Source of the DNA: Acidothermaceae bacterium B102
GTDB taxonomy: Bacteria > Actinomycetota > Actinomycetes > JAWWOL01
Direction: 5' to 3'
DNA length: 64,000 bases
Assembly: GCA_033097465.1 (NCBI GenBank)
Contig: AP028633.1
Location: 4,142,139-4,206,138 of the forward strand
Shown here: piece after piece, positions 29,615-38,830 of the stretch
How positions within the stretch are numbered: position 1 is the stretch's first letter
How the letters are laid out: each line of letters starts with the position of its first letter
Translations under genes and position numbers: made by a program
The notes under the pieces: model-generated
What the model was told of the DNA's origin: nothing
Database searches by the model: none
What the model saw: only the letters and a program-made list of their open reading frames with translations

Positions 29615-31243
29615 TCAGGCCTTAGGGATGACAATCACCGTTGCCGACGAGGCCGGGAAGGTCAGGCTCATGGACGACGAGGCCTTGACGTTGGCCTGGC
29701 GCACGATCTTCTTGAGGTTGGCACCGCTGTAGCGCCACACCTGCGCCGTACCACCGGCAGCGAAGTCCTTCAGGGCCAGCTTGCTCGTGAGCTTTGTCGT
29801 GCTCTTGTTGATGACGACGACGGTGACAGCGCCGTCGGCCGACCGCTGCGCCGCGTACACCGAGAGCTTGCCCTGATTGGCGCTGGTCGACCGGACGTAG
29901 GTGTTGCCGAACGTTGCACCGTGGCCGTCGTAGTTGCGGAACAGCCGGAAGGCGAACGCGCCCGGCTGGCTGGAGGTGGGCGGCGACCACAGCGTCGCGA
30001 GGCTCACCTGCTCGCGGCCGAAGATGCCGAGCACGTCGGCCTCGGTCAGCGCGCCGTTGAGCGACTCAAGGCCGCCGAAGTTGTACTCGCTGATCGACAG
30101 CTTGGTCCCGGGATAGCTGGCCTTGACCCAGGCCCGCATGCGCGAAATCAGGTAGACCCGCTGCCCGACGTCGGTGCCGATCCAGCTCTTGTCGGTGTAG
30201 GTCGGGTCCCACAGCGTGCGCGTCGAGGCGAGCCGGTCTGCCTGCAGGACTGCGGATCCGGCCTTCCCCAGAGCCATGCCGCTTTCCTGCGGGTAGTAGT
30301 GCTCGTCGAAGTAGTCGAGCAGTCGTACGCCGTGGGCGGTCTGGTAGGCCTTCATCTGCGCGAGGTACCAGGGCGCGAAGGCAGCGTTGCCGTGCGACGC
30401 CTTGTCGGGGCCGTTGTTGCAGCCGTCGGCCGCGGAGTAGAAGTAGGCGCACCAGCCCCAGTCGCTCGGCCCGAGGACAGCAGCAGTCGGATCCGCCTTC
30501 TTGACCGCGGCTGCCGTCGCGGTCGAGCGCGTGGCGATCTCGCTGAAGGTCGTTGCCACCGGGTGGACGTCGCGGTGGGTGCTGTTCCAGAGCGTGGGCT
30601 CGTTGTCGAGTTCGTAGAACGGCACTCCGCCCTTGGCTGCCGTGCCGAACAGCTTGACGAAGTACGCCACCTCGGCCTGGTCGAACGACGGGCCAACGGC
30701 GGTCGCGGCCGTCGTCGGGTTGGCCGTGAGGTTGGTGCTGCCGCTCACCCCGTTGCCGCAGTTGGGGTCGTACGGGTCGAACGAGTTCTGGTTGCCGAAG
30801 GCCGTCTTCGGAAAGCTGCAGAGGAACGGGTGCGTGGTGGGGGAGGCCTTGGCCACATAGCCGGTCATCGGCAGCTCGAACACCGTACGGAGCTTGGCCT
30901 TGCGGTCGCTCTTGACGTACGCCGCGGCGGTCTGGTTCTTGGCGCCGAGTCCGGTGGCGATGTTCTCGAAGTAGTAGTCGGACCCGGTGTTGTAGACGTT
31001 GGTCAGGTAGTTGTAGAGGCTCACGCTGTTGCCGCCGACCCGGTCAACGGTCAGGCCCTCCGACGCCGAGGTCGAGCGGTCGGCGAAGTTGACTCCGTAG
31101 ATGTTCGGGCTGATGGCGTGTCTTGCGGCGGTGACGTCGATGGTCAGAGTCGGCCCCGCAGTCGCCTGCGCTGACGACTGCAGTGGCACGATGACGAAGG
31201 AGGCGGCGGCGACAGCGGCGACGGTTGCTCGGGTAGCCCTCAT
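29615..31243 (-). CDS. secreted glycoside hydrolase; catalytic-domain-only paralog of the downstream gene
   Basis: 542 aa. It is colinear with residues about 30–520 of the 26887..29559 protein (YELDNEPTLW, ISEYNFGG) and has its own signal peptide. Confidence 0.7.
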   Translation of the reverse strand: MRATRATVAAVAAASFVIVPLQSSAQATAGPTLTIDVTAARHAISPNIYGVNFADRSTSASEGLTVDRVGGNSVSLYNYLTNVYNTGSDYYFENIATGLGAKNQTAAAYVKSDRKAKLRTVFELPMTGYVAKASPTTHPFLCSFPKTAFGNQNSFDPYDPNCGNGVSGSTNLTANPTTAATAVGPSFDQAEVAYFVKLFGTAAKGGVPFYELDNEPTLWNSTHRDVHPVATTFSEIATRSTATAAAVKKADPTAAVLGPSDWGWCAYFYSAADGCNNGPDKASHGNAAFAPWYLAQMKAYQTAHGVRLLDYFDEHYYPQESGMALGKAGSAVLQADRLASTRTLWDPTYTDKSWIGTDVGQRVYLISRMRAWVKASYPGTKLSISEYNFGGLESLNGALTEADVLGIFGREQVSLATLWSPPTSSQPGAFAFRLFRNYDGHGATFGNTYVRSTSANQGKLSVYAAQRSADGAVTVVVINKSTTKLTSKLALKDFAAGGTAQVWRYSGANLKKIVRQANVKASSSMSLTFPASSATVIVIPKA

Positions 31244-31304
31244 CAGATCAGCCTCACTCTTCGAGCCCAGCGGGTCTCCATGGGCTGACCGTATCGCAGA
31301 CAGC

Positions 31305-31340
31305 CGTCGTCCCCGCCGAAAAGCTTCGACGGGGACGACG
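31305..31340 (-). terminator. hairpin terminator 5 nt downstream of the flotillin stop
   Basis: CGTCGTCCCCG...CGGGGACGACG 11-bp stem with an inner CGAA-aagc-TTCG stem. Confidence 0.5.
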
Positions 31341-31345
31341 ACGCG

Positions 31346-32656
31346 CTAGGCGGCGGTGATCTGCTTGCTCGCGGGCTCAGGCGTCACGAGCGCCTGGCGC
31401 AGCGACTCGTAGATCGCGAGCCCCTGGCCAACCATGCTGGTCACCGCCTGGTTGACCCCCTCCGTGCCGTTGAGCACCGTGAGGTTGGAGCCGGCGATGC
31501 CACGGGCCGCGGCGTCGACCAGCAGCGGCAGGATCTCGATCAGCTTGTTGGCCGCGATGAGGGCCTGGTTGCCGTCGGTCAAGGCCTGCGCCCGTACGTT
31601 GATCGCCTCCGCCTCGGCGGCCGCGACTGCTCGCTGAGCGTAGGCCTCACCGTCGGCGTTGGCCTTGCGTGCATCGGCGTCTGCGTCCGCGATCTGGCGG
31701 CGGTGGTTGGCCTCAGCCTCGACGTTGAGCTTGGTCGTGTCGCGGTGCGCTTCCGCCAGTGCGCGCTGCTTGAACGCCTCAGCCTCGGTCTGCAGCTTGA
31801 TCATGTCGCGGCTGGCCTCGGCGAGCGTCCGCTGCCGGTAGGCCTCGGCGTCCGCAGGCCTGCGTACCTGCGACTCGAGCTGCTTCTCGGTCAGCGCCGC
31901 GTGGCGCTCGGCAAGCGCGGTCTGCTGCTCGATGACCTCCTGCGAGGCGCGAGCCTCGGCCAGCGGTCCGGCCTGGGCCGAGCGGGCGTTGGCCTCGTGC
32001 ACCTCAGCGGCGAAGCCGGCCTGCTTGAGCGCGGTGTCGCGGGTGTACTCCGCCCGTAGCGCCTCCGCCTCCTGCTCGCGCTGGGTCGCCTCCTGGTCGG
32101 CCTTGGCCGCGGCGATGCGGGCCAGGCTGGCTACCGCGGTGGCGTGCGGTGCGGCGAGGTTGTTGATGTAGCCGCTGGCGTCCTCGATCTCCTGGATCAG
32201 CATGGAGTCGACGACGATGCCGAGCTTCTCCATCTCGGAGTGGCTGCCGTCCTTGACCTCCTGCGCCAGTCGGTCGCGCTCGCGGATGATCTCCTCGACG
32301 GTCAGGCTGCCGATGATGGAGCGCAGGTGGCCCGCGAAGATGCGACCGACCAGTTCCTCCATGCGGTCCTGCTCGGCCAGGAATCGCCGGGCAGCATTGG
32401 CGATCGACGCGTTGTCGTCGCCGATCTTGAAGGCGGCCACTGCCCGGATGCGGAGCCGGATCCCTTGCGTGGTAACGCATTCCTCAGCGATCTCGGCCTC
32501 ATGCAGCGACAGCGACAAGATGCGCGCCTTCTGCTTGACCGGGATCACGAGGCAGCCGTGACCGGTGACGATCCGGAACTGCGTCTGCTCGCCTGTCCGC
32601 CGTGAGCCCGAGATGAGCAGGGCCTCGTTGGGCGCGGGTACGTGCCAGAAGAACAT
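31346..32656 (-). CDS. flotillin / SPFH (band 7) domain protein
   Basis: The ATG at 32656 gives MFFWHVPAPNEALLISGSRRTGEQTQFRIV.... GAGGAAG lies upstream. It has a long Ala/Glu coiled-coil region. Confidence 0.85.
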   Translation of the reverse strand: MFFWHVPAPNEALLISGSRRTGEQTQFRIVTGHGCLVIPVKQKARILSLSLHEAEIAEECVTTQGIRLRIRAVAAFKIGDDNASIANAARRFLAEQDRMEELVGRIFAGHLRSIIGSLTVEEIIRERDRLAQEVKDGSHSEMEKLGIVVDSMLIQEIEDASGYINNLAAPHATAVASLARIAAAKADQEATQREQEAEALRAEYTRDTALKQAGFAAEVHEANARSAQAGPLAEARASQEVIEQQTALAERHAALTEKQLESQVRRPADAEAYRQRTLAEASRDMIKLQTEAEAFKQRALAEAHRDTTKLNVEAEANHRRQIADADADARKANADGEAYAQRAVAAAEAEAINVRAQALTDGNQALIAANKLIEILPLLVDAAARGIAGSNLTVLNGTEGVNQAVTSMVGQGLAIYESLRQALVTPEPASKQITAA

Positions 32657-32754
32657 CTGACTTCCTCTACTGGGGCGGGCATCGTTGCCCGCCATGTCCG
32701 CAGGACGCGCAACTGCGTGCCTGCCAACGCTTCGGTACGGGTACGGCGGCGGTC

Positions 32755-32976
32755 TCATCCGCACGGCGTCACCGTGACCGACCTCGCCGACCGGCACTCG
32801 ACCACGACAACGCGTGCGTGCTTGGGGATCGGCTCGTCCGAGAAGGCGGCGAACGCCTCGTGGGCACCGCGTACCGGGAGCATGACCTCACCGGCGCGGC
32901 TCGGGGTGATGGGAACCGTCACGTGGCCGATGGTCCCGGCCAGGGACTGATCCATGTGCGCCGCCATGCGGCTCAT
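32755..32976 (-). CDS. NfeD-like OB-fold protein (short form), partner of flotillin
   Basis: 73 aa (MSRMAAHMDQSLAGTIGHVTVPITPSRAGEVMLPVRGAHEAF...VVVVECRSARSVTVTP). AGGAGG lies upstream. It sits directly upstream of the SPFH gene, as in yuaF-yuaG-type operons. Confidence 0.6.
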   Translation of the reverse strand: MSRMAAHMDQSLAGTIGHVTVPITPSRAGEVMLPVRGAHEAFAAFSDEPIPKHARVVVVECRSARSVTVTPCG

Positions 32977-33092
32977 CCTCCTGCTGCTGCCTTCGAGATC
33001 TGATGCTAGACCTGTCCGGCGGCAAATGCACGAGGTTGTTTGAAACGATACAACTATGTCTCTGCAAAGGATCTCGCCCCACTCCAACCTTT

Positions 33093-33232
33093 GGATCACT
33101 GGGCGGGAGTGGCGCGTATCGCGGCCGCCAGAGCCGCCACATGCGCCCAGTGATCGCCAGAATTGTGGATCACTGGGGGCCCGTGGCGCTTGTGCGGGCC
33201 CAGATAACGACCCAACCCGCCCAGTGATCCGG
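33093..33232. repeat. two tandem structured palindromic units of about 65 bp
   Basis: Unit 1 is GGATCACTGGGCG...CGCCCAGTGATC with an inner GTGGCG/CGCCAC. Unit 2 is GGATCACTGGGG...CCCAGTGATCC with an inner GGGCCCG/CGGGCCC. They lie between the S66 stop and the nfeD start. Confidence 0.5.
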
Positions 33233-33268
33233 AGGAGGTGGTGGTGGCGGCGGTGGGGGAGTCGCGGG

Positions 33269-34315
33269 TCAGTAGTGGGCGGTGACCCGGCGGGCTGGGC
33301 CGTCGACGGTCAGGAGGCCGCCGTACGGGAGTACCCACTGCGGGTCGGTGTGCCCGATGTCGACGCCGAAGACGAGCATGGCGCTGGGGTTGTAGGTGGC
33401 GAACGCCGAGAGGATCGCGTCGCGCTGGTCGGCGCGGTAGGCAGCTCGCTGGTCGTACGGTACGGGGTGCTCGATGCTGCTCGCCTTGGCCCGACCCACG
33501 ACGACGGCAGGAAACTGCGCAAGCAGCCCGCGCTCGCCGAAGTCCCGGAGCATGCGGGAGACCGCGACGGCGCTCGGCATCTCCTCGGACGTCTCCAGCA
33601 GCAGCACGCACCCCGCGTAGTCGTCCACCGGGCGAACCCACCGCGACACGGCGAGCGTCCAGTGCAGGATCTCGAGGTTGCCGCCCCATGTCGGTCCGGT
33701 GACCGTCACGTCCGGCTGGTGCCACGTCCACGGCGCGGCCGGCAGCCGTACCCCGGGAGTGTCGATGTTGTCGGGGTTGGTCCAGTCGACCTCGTCCTCG
33801 CTGAACTCGGCAACCTCGTGCAGCACGACCTCGTCGTGGGAGAACAGCGCGTGGCGCAGGGACCCGACGGACACCTGGTCGGTGCCTCCACCGCGGCCGA
33901 GGTGGACCATCGTCGAACCGCCGTGATAGCCGGCAATGCCGTGGTACCAAAGCCAGTTGAGCAGGTTGGTGTTGTCGCTGTAGCCGACGTACGGCTTGGG
34001 GTCGGCGCGAAAGACGGCGGGGTCAAGGTGGGGGAGGACCGTGATCTGGTCGTCACCACCGATGGTGGCGAGCACTGCGCGGATCGACAGGTCGGCCCAG
34101 GCAGCCATCAGGTCGCGGGCGCGATCGATGGCCGGCGAGCCGAGCTGGCGAGTAGTCAGGTACTCGACCGGCACGAGGCCGAGCTCGTCCCGCAGCCGCG
34201 TCATGGCGAGCTCGTGGACGTGCGGAAAGACGGCGGGAGCAGCGAACGAGGGCGAGACGACCGCGACCCGGTCGCCCGGAGCCAGCTTGCGCGGCGCGGC
34301 GAGCTGAACGGTCAC
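33269..34315 (-). CDS. S66 family LD-carboxypeptidase (LdcA/MccF-like)
   Basis: 348 aa in the Peptidase_S66 two-domain layout (GYSDNTNLLNWL..., GHTDPQWVLPYGG). Confidence 0.85.
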   Translation of the reverse strand: MTVQLAAPRKLAPGDRVAVVSPSFAAPAVFPHVHELAMTRLRDELGLVPVEYLTTRQLGSPAIDRARDLMAAWADLSIRAVLATIGGDDQITVLPHLDPAVFRADPKPYVGYSDNTNLLNWLWYHGIAGYHGGSTMVHLGRGGGTDQVSVGSLRHALFSHDEVVLHEVAEFSEDEVDWTNPDNIDTPGVRLPAAPWTWHQPDVTVTGPTWGGNLEILHWTLAVSRWVRPVDDYAGCVLLLETSEEMPSAVAVSRMLRDFGERGLLAQFPAVVVGRAKASSIEHPVPYDQRAAYRADQRDAILSAFATYNPSAMLVFGVDIGHTDPQWVLPYGGLLTVDGPARRVTAHY

Positions 34316-34788
34316 AGCACCTTGCGCATCTGCTGCGTCGTGACGTGATAGCCCGCGGACGTGTAGAGCCCGATCGCTGTCGGGTTGTCGGCGAAGACGT
34401 TGAGGCCGAGGGCGCCGACCCCGTGACGACGCACCTCATCTTCGGCTGCGGCAAGCACCGCATGGCCGTACCCCTGGCCTCGACGCTCTGGTAGGACCTC
34501 GATGTCGAAGACGAAGGCGGTGTCGGGCGCACCCCTCGGGTGGGTGAGGCTCAGCCACAGCATGCCGACGTCCGCACCGGCTGCGTCGCGGGCGACCAGG
34601 AGCAGCATGCCGGACGTGCTGCGGCCGTCGGGCAGTCGATCGTCGAACTCCGCGGACGACCGGGCGAGCGCCTCCTCCGCCAGGTAGTTGCCCGCTGTCA
34701 CGTGCTCCTCGGCGTACAAGCGGATCGAGTGCTCGCGCCACGTCGCGAACTCCTCGGCCGTCATGGGCTGCAGGGTCACCTCAGGCAT
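34312..34788 (-). CDS. GNAT family N-acetyltransferase
   Basis: 158 aa with an acetyl-CoA-binding motif (VLPERRGQGYGHAVLAAAE). Its stop overlaps the S66 start by 4 nt. Confidence 0.85.
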   Translation of the reverse strand: MPEVTLQPMTAEEFATWREHSIRLYAEEHVTAGNYLAEEALARSSAEFDDRLPDGRSTSGMLLLVARDAAGADVGMLWLSLTHPRGAPDTAFVFDIEVLPERRGQGYGHAVLAAAEDEVRRHGVGALGLNVFADNPTAIGLYTSAGYHVTTQQMRKVL

Positions 34789-34868
34789 CTGCTCTCCTCC
34801 CCGGCGTCATGCACCGCCACCGTACCGTCGCTGGGGTAGGTTGCCCCGACAACCGGAATGAGGTGCGG

Positions 34869-37800
34869 ATGCAGCTGTTCAGGCGCCTGGGCGCCACCAG
34901 GCGCGCCCTGCTGCACCGCGGCGGCTCCACCCTCGTGGTCGCGCTCATCGCCCTGGTCGCTTCCGCCGCGGCCGCCGTCGGACCGACGTACGCCGCTGCC
35001 GCCCGCACGTCCGTCCTGCAGGACAACCTCACCGCGGCGACGCCGGCCCAGCGCGGGCTCGAGGTCGTGCAGCAGGGGGACGTGAGCGGAGACGCCGGTG
35101 CCGTCGGCCGCAGGGTCGGCGACGGGGTGCTCAACGGCGCGATCAAAGATGCGAAGGTACGGGCAGCCTTCGGCACCCCCACGGAGGCCCTCGAGGCGAC
35201 AGCGGTGATCGCCGGCACCCAGGACGCCGTGCCGCTCGACTCGCGCGACGGGGTCTGCGCCCAGCTGACCCTCGCCAGCGGTCGATGCCCCGAGGGCGCC
35301 GCCGACGTCAACAAGGTCATGGCCAGCGAGAGCCTCATGGCGCTGCGCGAGTGGCACGTCGGCCAGGTCGTGGCCTTCACCGGCTGGCCGTCCCAGACCA
35401 TCGTCGGCGTCTACCGGGCGCCCAAGACCGAGAGCGGTTACTGGTTCGGCCGCGAGCCGTCCTACTTCACGATCGAGTTCCCGGCCTCGATCTACTCCAA
35501 GCAGCCGCCCGCGCCGGCCGACGCGCTGTTCACCGTGCCGCAGACGATGCAGCAGTCACAGGACTCGCCGCAGGGCCTGGTGCTGCTCGACTACCCGCTC
35601 GTGCCCGGCCTGGTGACGGTCGCGGCGGCGCCCGGTCTCGGACGCGACATCGACGCGATGTCCAACGCCCCGGCGCTGCAGGCGGTCGGCGCCGTGGTGC
35701 GCACCAGCCTGCCCGGCCTCATCACCGACATCCAGAGGAGCTGGACCTTCCTCGCGGTGCCAGTGCTGCTGGCGACCGTGCAGTTGCTCGCCCTCATCTG
35801 GCTGCTGCTGTTCCTCGTCGTCACCGACACGGTCGAGGCCCGCAGCGCCGAGATCGCCCTGGCCAAGCTGCGTGGCTACGGCGGGCGTCGGCTGCTCGGC
35901 TTCGCCCTCACCGAACCGCTGACGTTGCTCATCCTGGCGCTGCCTGCTGGCGTCCTCGTCGGGTGGGGGCTGAGCGTCTGGTTCAGCCACTCGCTGCTGC
36001 GGCCCGGCACCCACGTCGGCCTTCCCGGCCCCGCGTGGGGGGCCGCCGCGCTCGCGACGCTCGGTGGCATGGCGGCGGTGGCCGTTGCTGCCCGCCGCGT
36101 GCTCACCCGCCCCATCGTCGAGCAGTGGCGCCGGGCCGGTCGCCGCGCTACTGACCGCAGCTGGGTCTTCGACTCGATCGTGCTCACCGGGGCGGTCGCC
36201 GGGCTCGTCCAGCTCAAGGCGGCCGGCGGCTTCACGTCGGTGCGACAGAGCTCGGTGGGCCTGTTGGTGCCCGGTCTGCTCGGCCTCGCCGTCGCGGTCA
36301 TCTCCTCACGGCTGCTCCCGCTGGTCTGCCGTCGGCTCTTCGGGGCGACGCGCCGCCGGGGAGGTACGTCGGCCTTCCTCGCGGTCCGGTTCATCGCCCG
36401 CCGGCCAGGTGGCACCCGTACGACGATGATCCTCGCCACCGCGTTCGCCCTCGCGACGTTCGGCACGGCGGCCTGGGCCAATGGCGCCGGCAACCGCACT
36501 CTCCTCGCTCAGGTCCAGACCGGTGCGCCCGCGGTCCTCGACGTCGCACCGACGGCCACCACCAACCTTGCGGCCGTGGTCGACAAGCTCGACCCGTCCG
36601 GCACCCGCGCCACCGCGGTCGACAGCTACTTCGACGCGAGTGGCACCGACACCGTCGTGCTGGGCGTCGAGCCGGCCAGGTTCGCCGAGATTGCCTACTG
36701 GCGCACACGTTTCGCCGGCAAGACGTTGGCCGAGCTCACGGCGCAGCTCACCACCACGGTCGCTCCGGACGTGCAGCTCAACGGTGACGCCCTCCGCCTC
36801 CGCATCGACGTCGGCACTCTGCCACCGACCGGCGTCGACGTCGGCGCCCAGGTCGACGCCGTCGACGAGAGCTCGGCCATCGACGTCGACCTCGGCACCA
36901 TCACCCAGACCGGTGTGCAGACCACCAAGCCGGTCGAGATCGTCGGGTGCAACCCCTGCCAGCTGCGCAATCTGTCGGTCAACTTGCCGACAAAATCGAT
37001 CGCCTCCGCCTCCACGGCCGCCAGGGGCGATCTCACAGTTACCGGCATCGACGTCCGGCGCGACGGCCAGTGGCAACCAGTGACAGCCGGGCTGACGACC
37101 GCCGCCAGCTGGCGCACGTCCGGCGTACCCCCGACCGCCGGCCCCGAGGGACTGCACTGGCGGTACGCGTTCCCTGCCGGCGGCTCGGCGAGCCTGTCGG
37201 TGGCCGACCTGCCGCTGCGCGTGCCGGCGATCGTCGCCTTCCCCACCTTCAAGGGCCCGGACTCGACCATCAATGGCTTCAACGCGCAGCCTCTGCAGAT
37301 CACCGCGATCGGCGTCGCTGATGCGCTGCCGAGCGTGCCCGTCGCGGGATTCGCCGTCGACCGCACCTACGCCGAGCGGGCCGCTCACGGCTATCTCGCC
37401 CTGGTCAGCCAGCAGGTCTGGACCACCAAGGCCGCCGAGCACGACATCGCGGCCGGGCTCGACAAGGCCGGCGTCAAGGTGCTCGGGGTCACGCGGGCGT
37501 CAGACCAGCAACAGCTGCTCGACCGTCAGGGTCCGGCGTTGGCCAGCGTGCTCTTCCTCGCCGACTCGATCTCCGCCGCGTCGCTGGCCGCGACGGCTGC
37601 CGTGCTTGGCCTGGTGGTGGCCGCCCGCCGTCGCCGGTACGAGTTCGCCGCGCTCTCGTCCACCGGCGTCACGCGTCGTGAGCTCTACGGCGCCCTGCTC
37701 GTCGAGCAGTCGACGGTGCTGGTCTTCGGCGCCCTGGCCGGGGTGGCGGCCGGCCTCGCCGCAGCCGTGCTGTCGCTGCAGAACGTGCCTCAGCTCGTGG

Positions 37801-37961
37801 TCGTCACGACGTTCCCACCGCTGTCGTACGCGCTGGACCGGCCGCTGCTCGCCGCGGCCATCGCGGCCGCGGTCGTCGTCCTGCTGGTCATCGCCGCCGT
37901 CGCCAGCCGGGTGCTGCTGGCGGGCGCCCACGCCGAGCAGCTGAGGGAGGGGGACATATGA
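34869..37961 (+). CDS. ABC transporter permease, internally duplicated FtsX/MacB-type
   Basis: ATG at 34869 (MQLFRRLGATRRALLHRGGSTLVVALIALV). It has two (TM–extracytoplasmic domain–3 TM) modules with Ala/Leu-rich helices. The second extracytoplasmic domain is about 400 aa. Confidence 0.8.
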   Translation: MQLFRRLGATRRALLHRGGSTLVVALIALVASAAAAVGPTYAAAARTSVLQDNLTAATPAQRGLEVVQQGDVSGDAGAVGRRVGDGVLNGAIKDAKVRAAFGTPTEALEATAVIAGTQDAVPLDSRDGVCAQLTLASGRCPEGAADVNKVMASESLMALREWHVGQVVAFTGWPSQTIVGVYRAPKTESGYWFGREPSYFTIEFPASIYSKQPPAPADALFTVPQTMQQSQDSPQGLVLLDYPLVPGLVTVAAAPGLGRDIDAMSNAPALQAVGAVVRTSLPGLITDIQRSWTFLAVPVLLATVQLLALIWLLLFLVVTDTVEARSAEIALAKLRGYGGRRLLGFALTEPLTLLILALPAGVLVGWGLSVWFSHSLLRPGTHVGLPGPAWGAAALATLGGMAAVAVAARRVLTRPIVEQWRRAGRRATDRSWVFDSIVLTGAVAGLVQLKAAGGFTSVRQSSVGLLVPGLLGLAVAVISSRLLPLVCRRLFGATRRRGGTSAFLAVRFIARRPGGTRTTMILATAFALATFGTAAWANGAGNRTLLAQVQTGAPAVLDVAPTATTNLAAVVDKLDPSGTRATAVDSYFDASGTDTVVLGVEPARFAEIAYWRTRFAGKTLAELTAQLTTTVAPDVQLNGDALRLRIDVGTLPPTGVDVGAQVDAVDESSAIDVDLGTITQTGVQTTKPVEIVGCNPCQLRNLSVNLPTKSIASASTAARGDLTVTGIDVRRDGQWQPVTAGLTTAASWRTSGVPPTAGPEGLHWRYAFPAGGSASLSVADLPLRVPAIVAFPTFKGPDSTINGFNAQPLQITAIGVADALPSVPVAGFAVDRTYAERAAHGYLALVSQQVWTTKAAEHDIAAGLDKAGVKVLGVTRASDQQQLLDRQGPALASVLFLADSISAASLAATAAVLGLVVAARRRRYEFAALSSTGVTRRELYGALLVEQSTVLVFGALAGVAAGLAAAVLSLQNVPQLVVVTTFPPLSYALDRPLLAAAIAAAVVVLLVIAAVASRVLLAGAHAEQLREGDI

Positions 37962-38830
37962 CCAGTCCGAGCGTCGTCGTGACCTGCGACAGCCTGGTCC
38001 ACGTGTACGGCACTGTCGGGGCCGAGGTCGCGGCCCTGCGCGGCGTCGACCTCAGTGTCCGGTCCGGCGAGATGGTCGCGCTGCTCGGCCCGTCCGGCTC
38101 GGGCAAGTCGACCCTGCTGTGGCACCTCGCCGGGCTGCTCCGGCCCACGGCGGGAACGGTCTGGGTCAACGGCCACAACCTGGCCGCCCTCACCACCCGG
38201 CAGGCCGCGGTCTTCCGCCAGCGCGAGATCGGCGTCCTGGTGCAGAACGGCGGGAGCAACCTGCTGCCCTACCTCTCGGCAGTCGAGAACGTCGAGCTGG
38301 CGCAGCGCCCCACGCTGACCCGCGGGCTGCTGCTCAAGACCGCGTCCCGAAGGGTCGCCCAGACCCGAGCGCACGACCTGCTCCGCTCCGTCGGCATGGA
38401 CGACACCGGTCACCGACCGGCCGGCCAGCTTTCCGGCGGCGAGCAGCAGCGGGTCGCCCTGGCCGTCGCGCTGGCCAACGAGCCGCCGCTGCTGCTGGCG
38501 GACGAGCCCACGAGCCAGCTCGACCCTGAGGCCGCCGTCGCCGTCGTCGACCTTTTCCGCCAGGTCAACCGCGACCTCGGCACCACGATCGTGGTCGTCA
38601 CCCACGACCCCGCGGTCGGCGCAGCCCTCGGCCGTACCGTCACCATCCGCGACGGACGGGTCGGCGCCGAAGGCAGGCTGGGGTCTGACTACGTCGTCGT
38701 CGGCAAGGACGGCACGGTTCAGCTGCCGCCCGAGCTGCAGGACGCCCTGCCGCCCGGCTCACTCGCCCATGCGATCCGTACCGAGCACGGCGTCGAGCTG
38801 CGCCGCGCCGACGAGCAGGACGCCTCATGA
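37958..38830 (+). CDS. ABC transporter ATP-binding protein (partner 1 of the FtsX permease)
   Basis: GPSGSGKSTLL, LSGGEQQRVALA. Its start overlaps the permease stop. Confidence 0.9.
   Translation: MTSPSVVVTCDSLVHVYGTVGAEVAALRGVDLSVRSGEMVALLGPSGSGKSTLLWHLAGLLRPTAGTVWVNGHNLAALTTRQAAVFRQREIGVLVQNGGSNLLPYLSAVENVELAQRPTLTRGLLLKTASRRVAQTRAHDLLRSVGMDDTGHRPAGQLSGGEQQRVALAVALANEPPLLLADEPTSQLDPEAAVAVVDLFRQVNRDLGTTIVVVTHDPAVGAALGRTVTIRDGRVGAEGRLGSDYVVVGKDGTVQLPPELQDALPPGSLAHAIRTEHGVELRRADEQDAS

Noticed and set aside
33056-34348. 430-aa plus-strand ORF across the S66 and GNAT genes.
   Set aside because: It is antisense to two clearly homologous genes.
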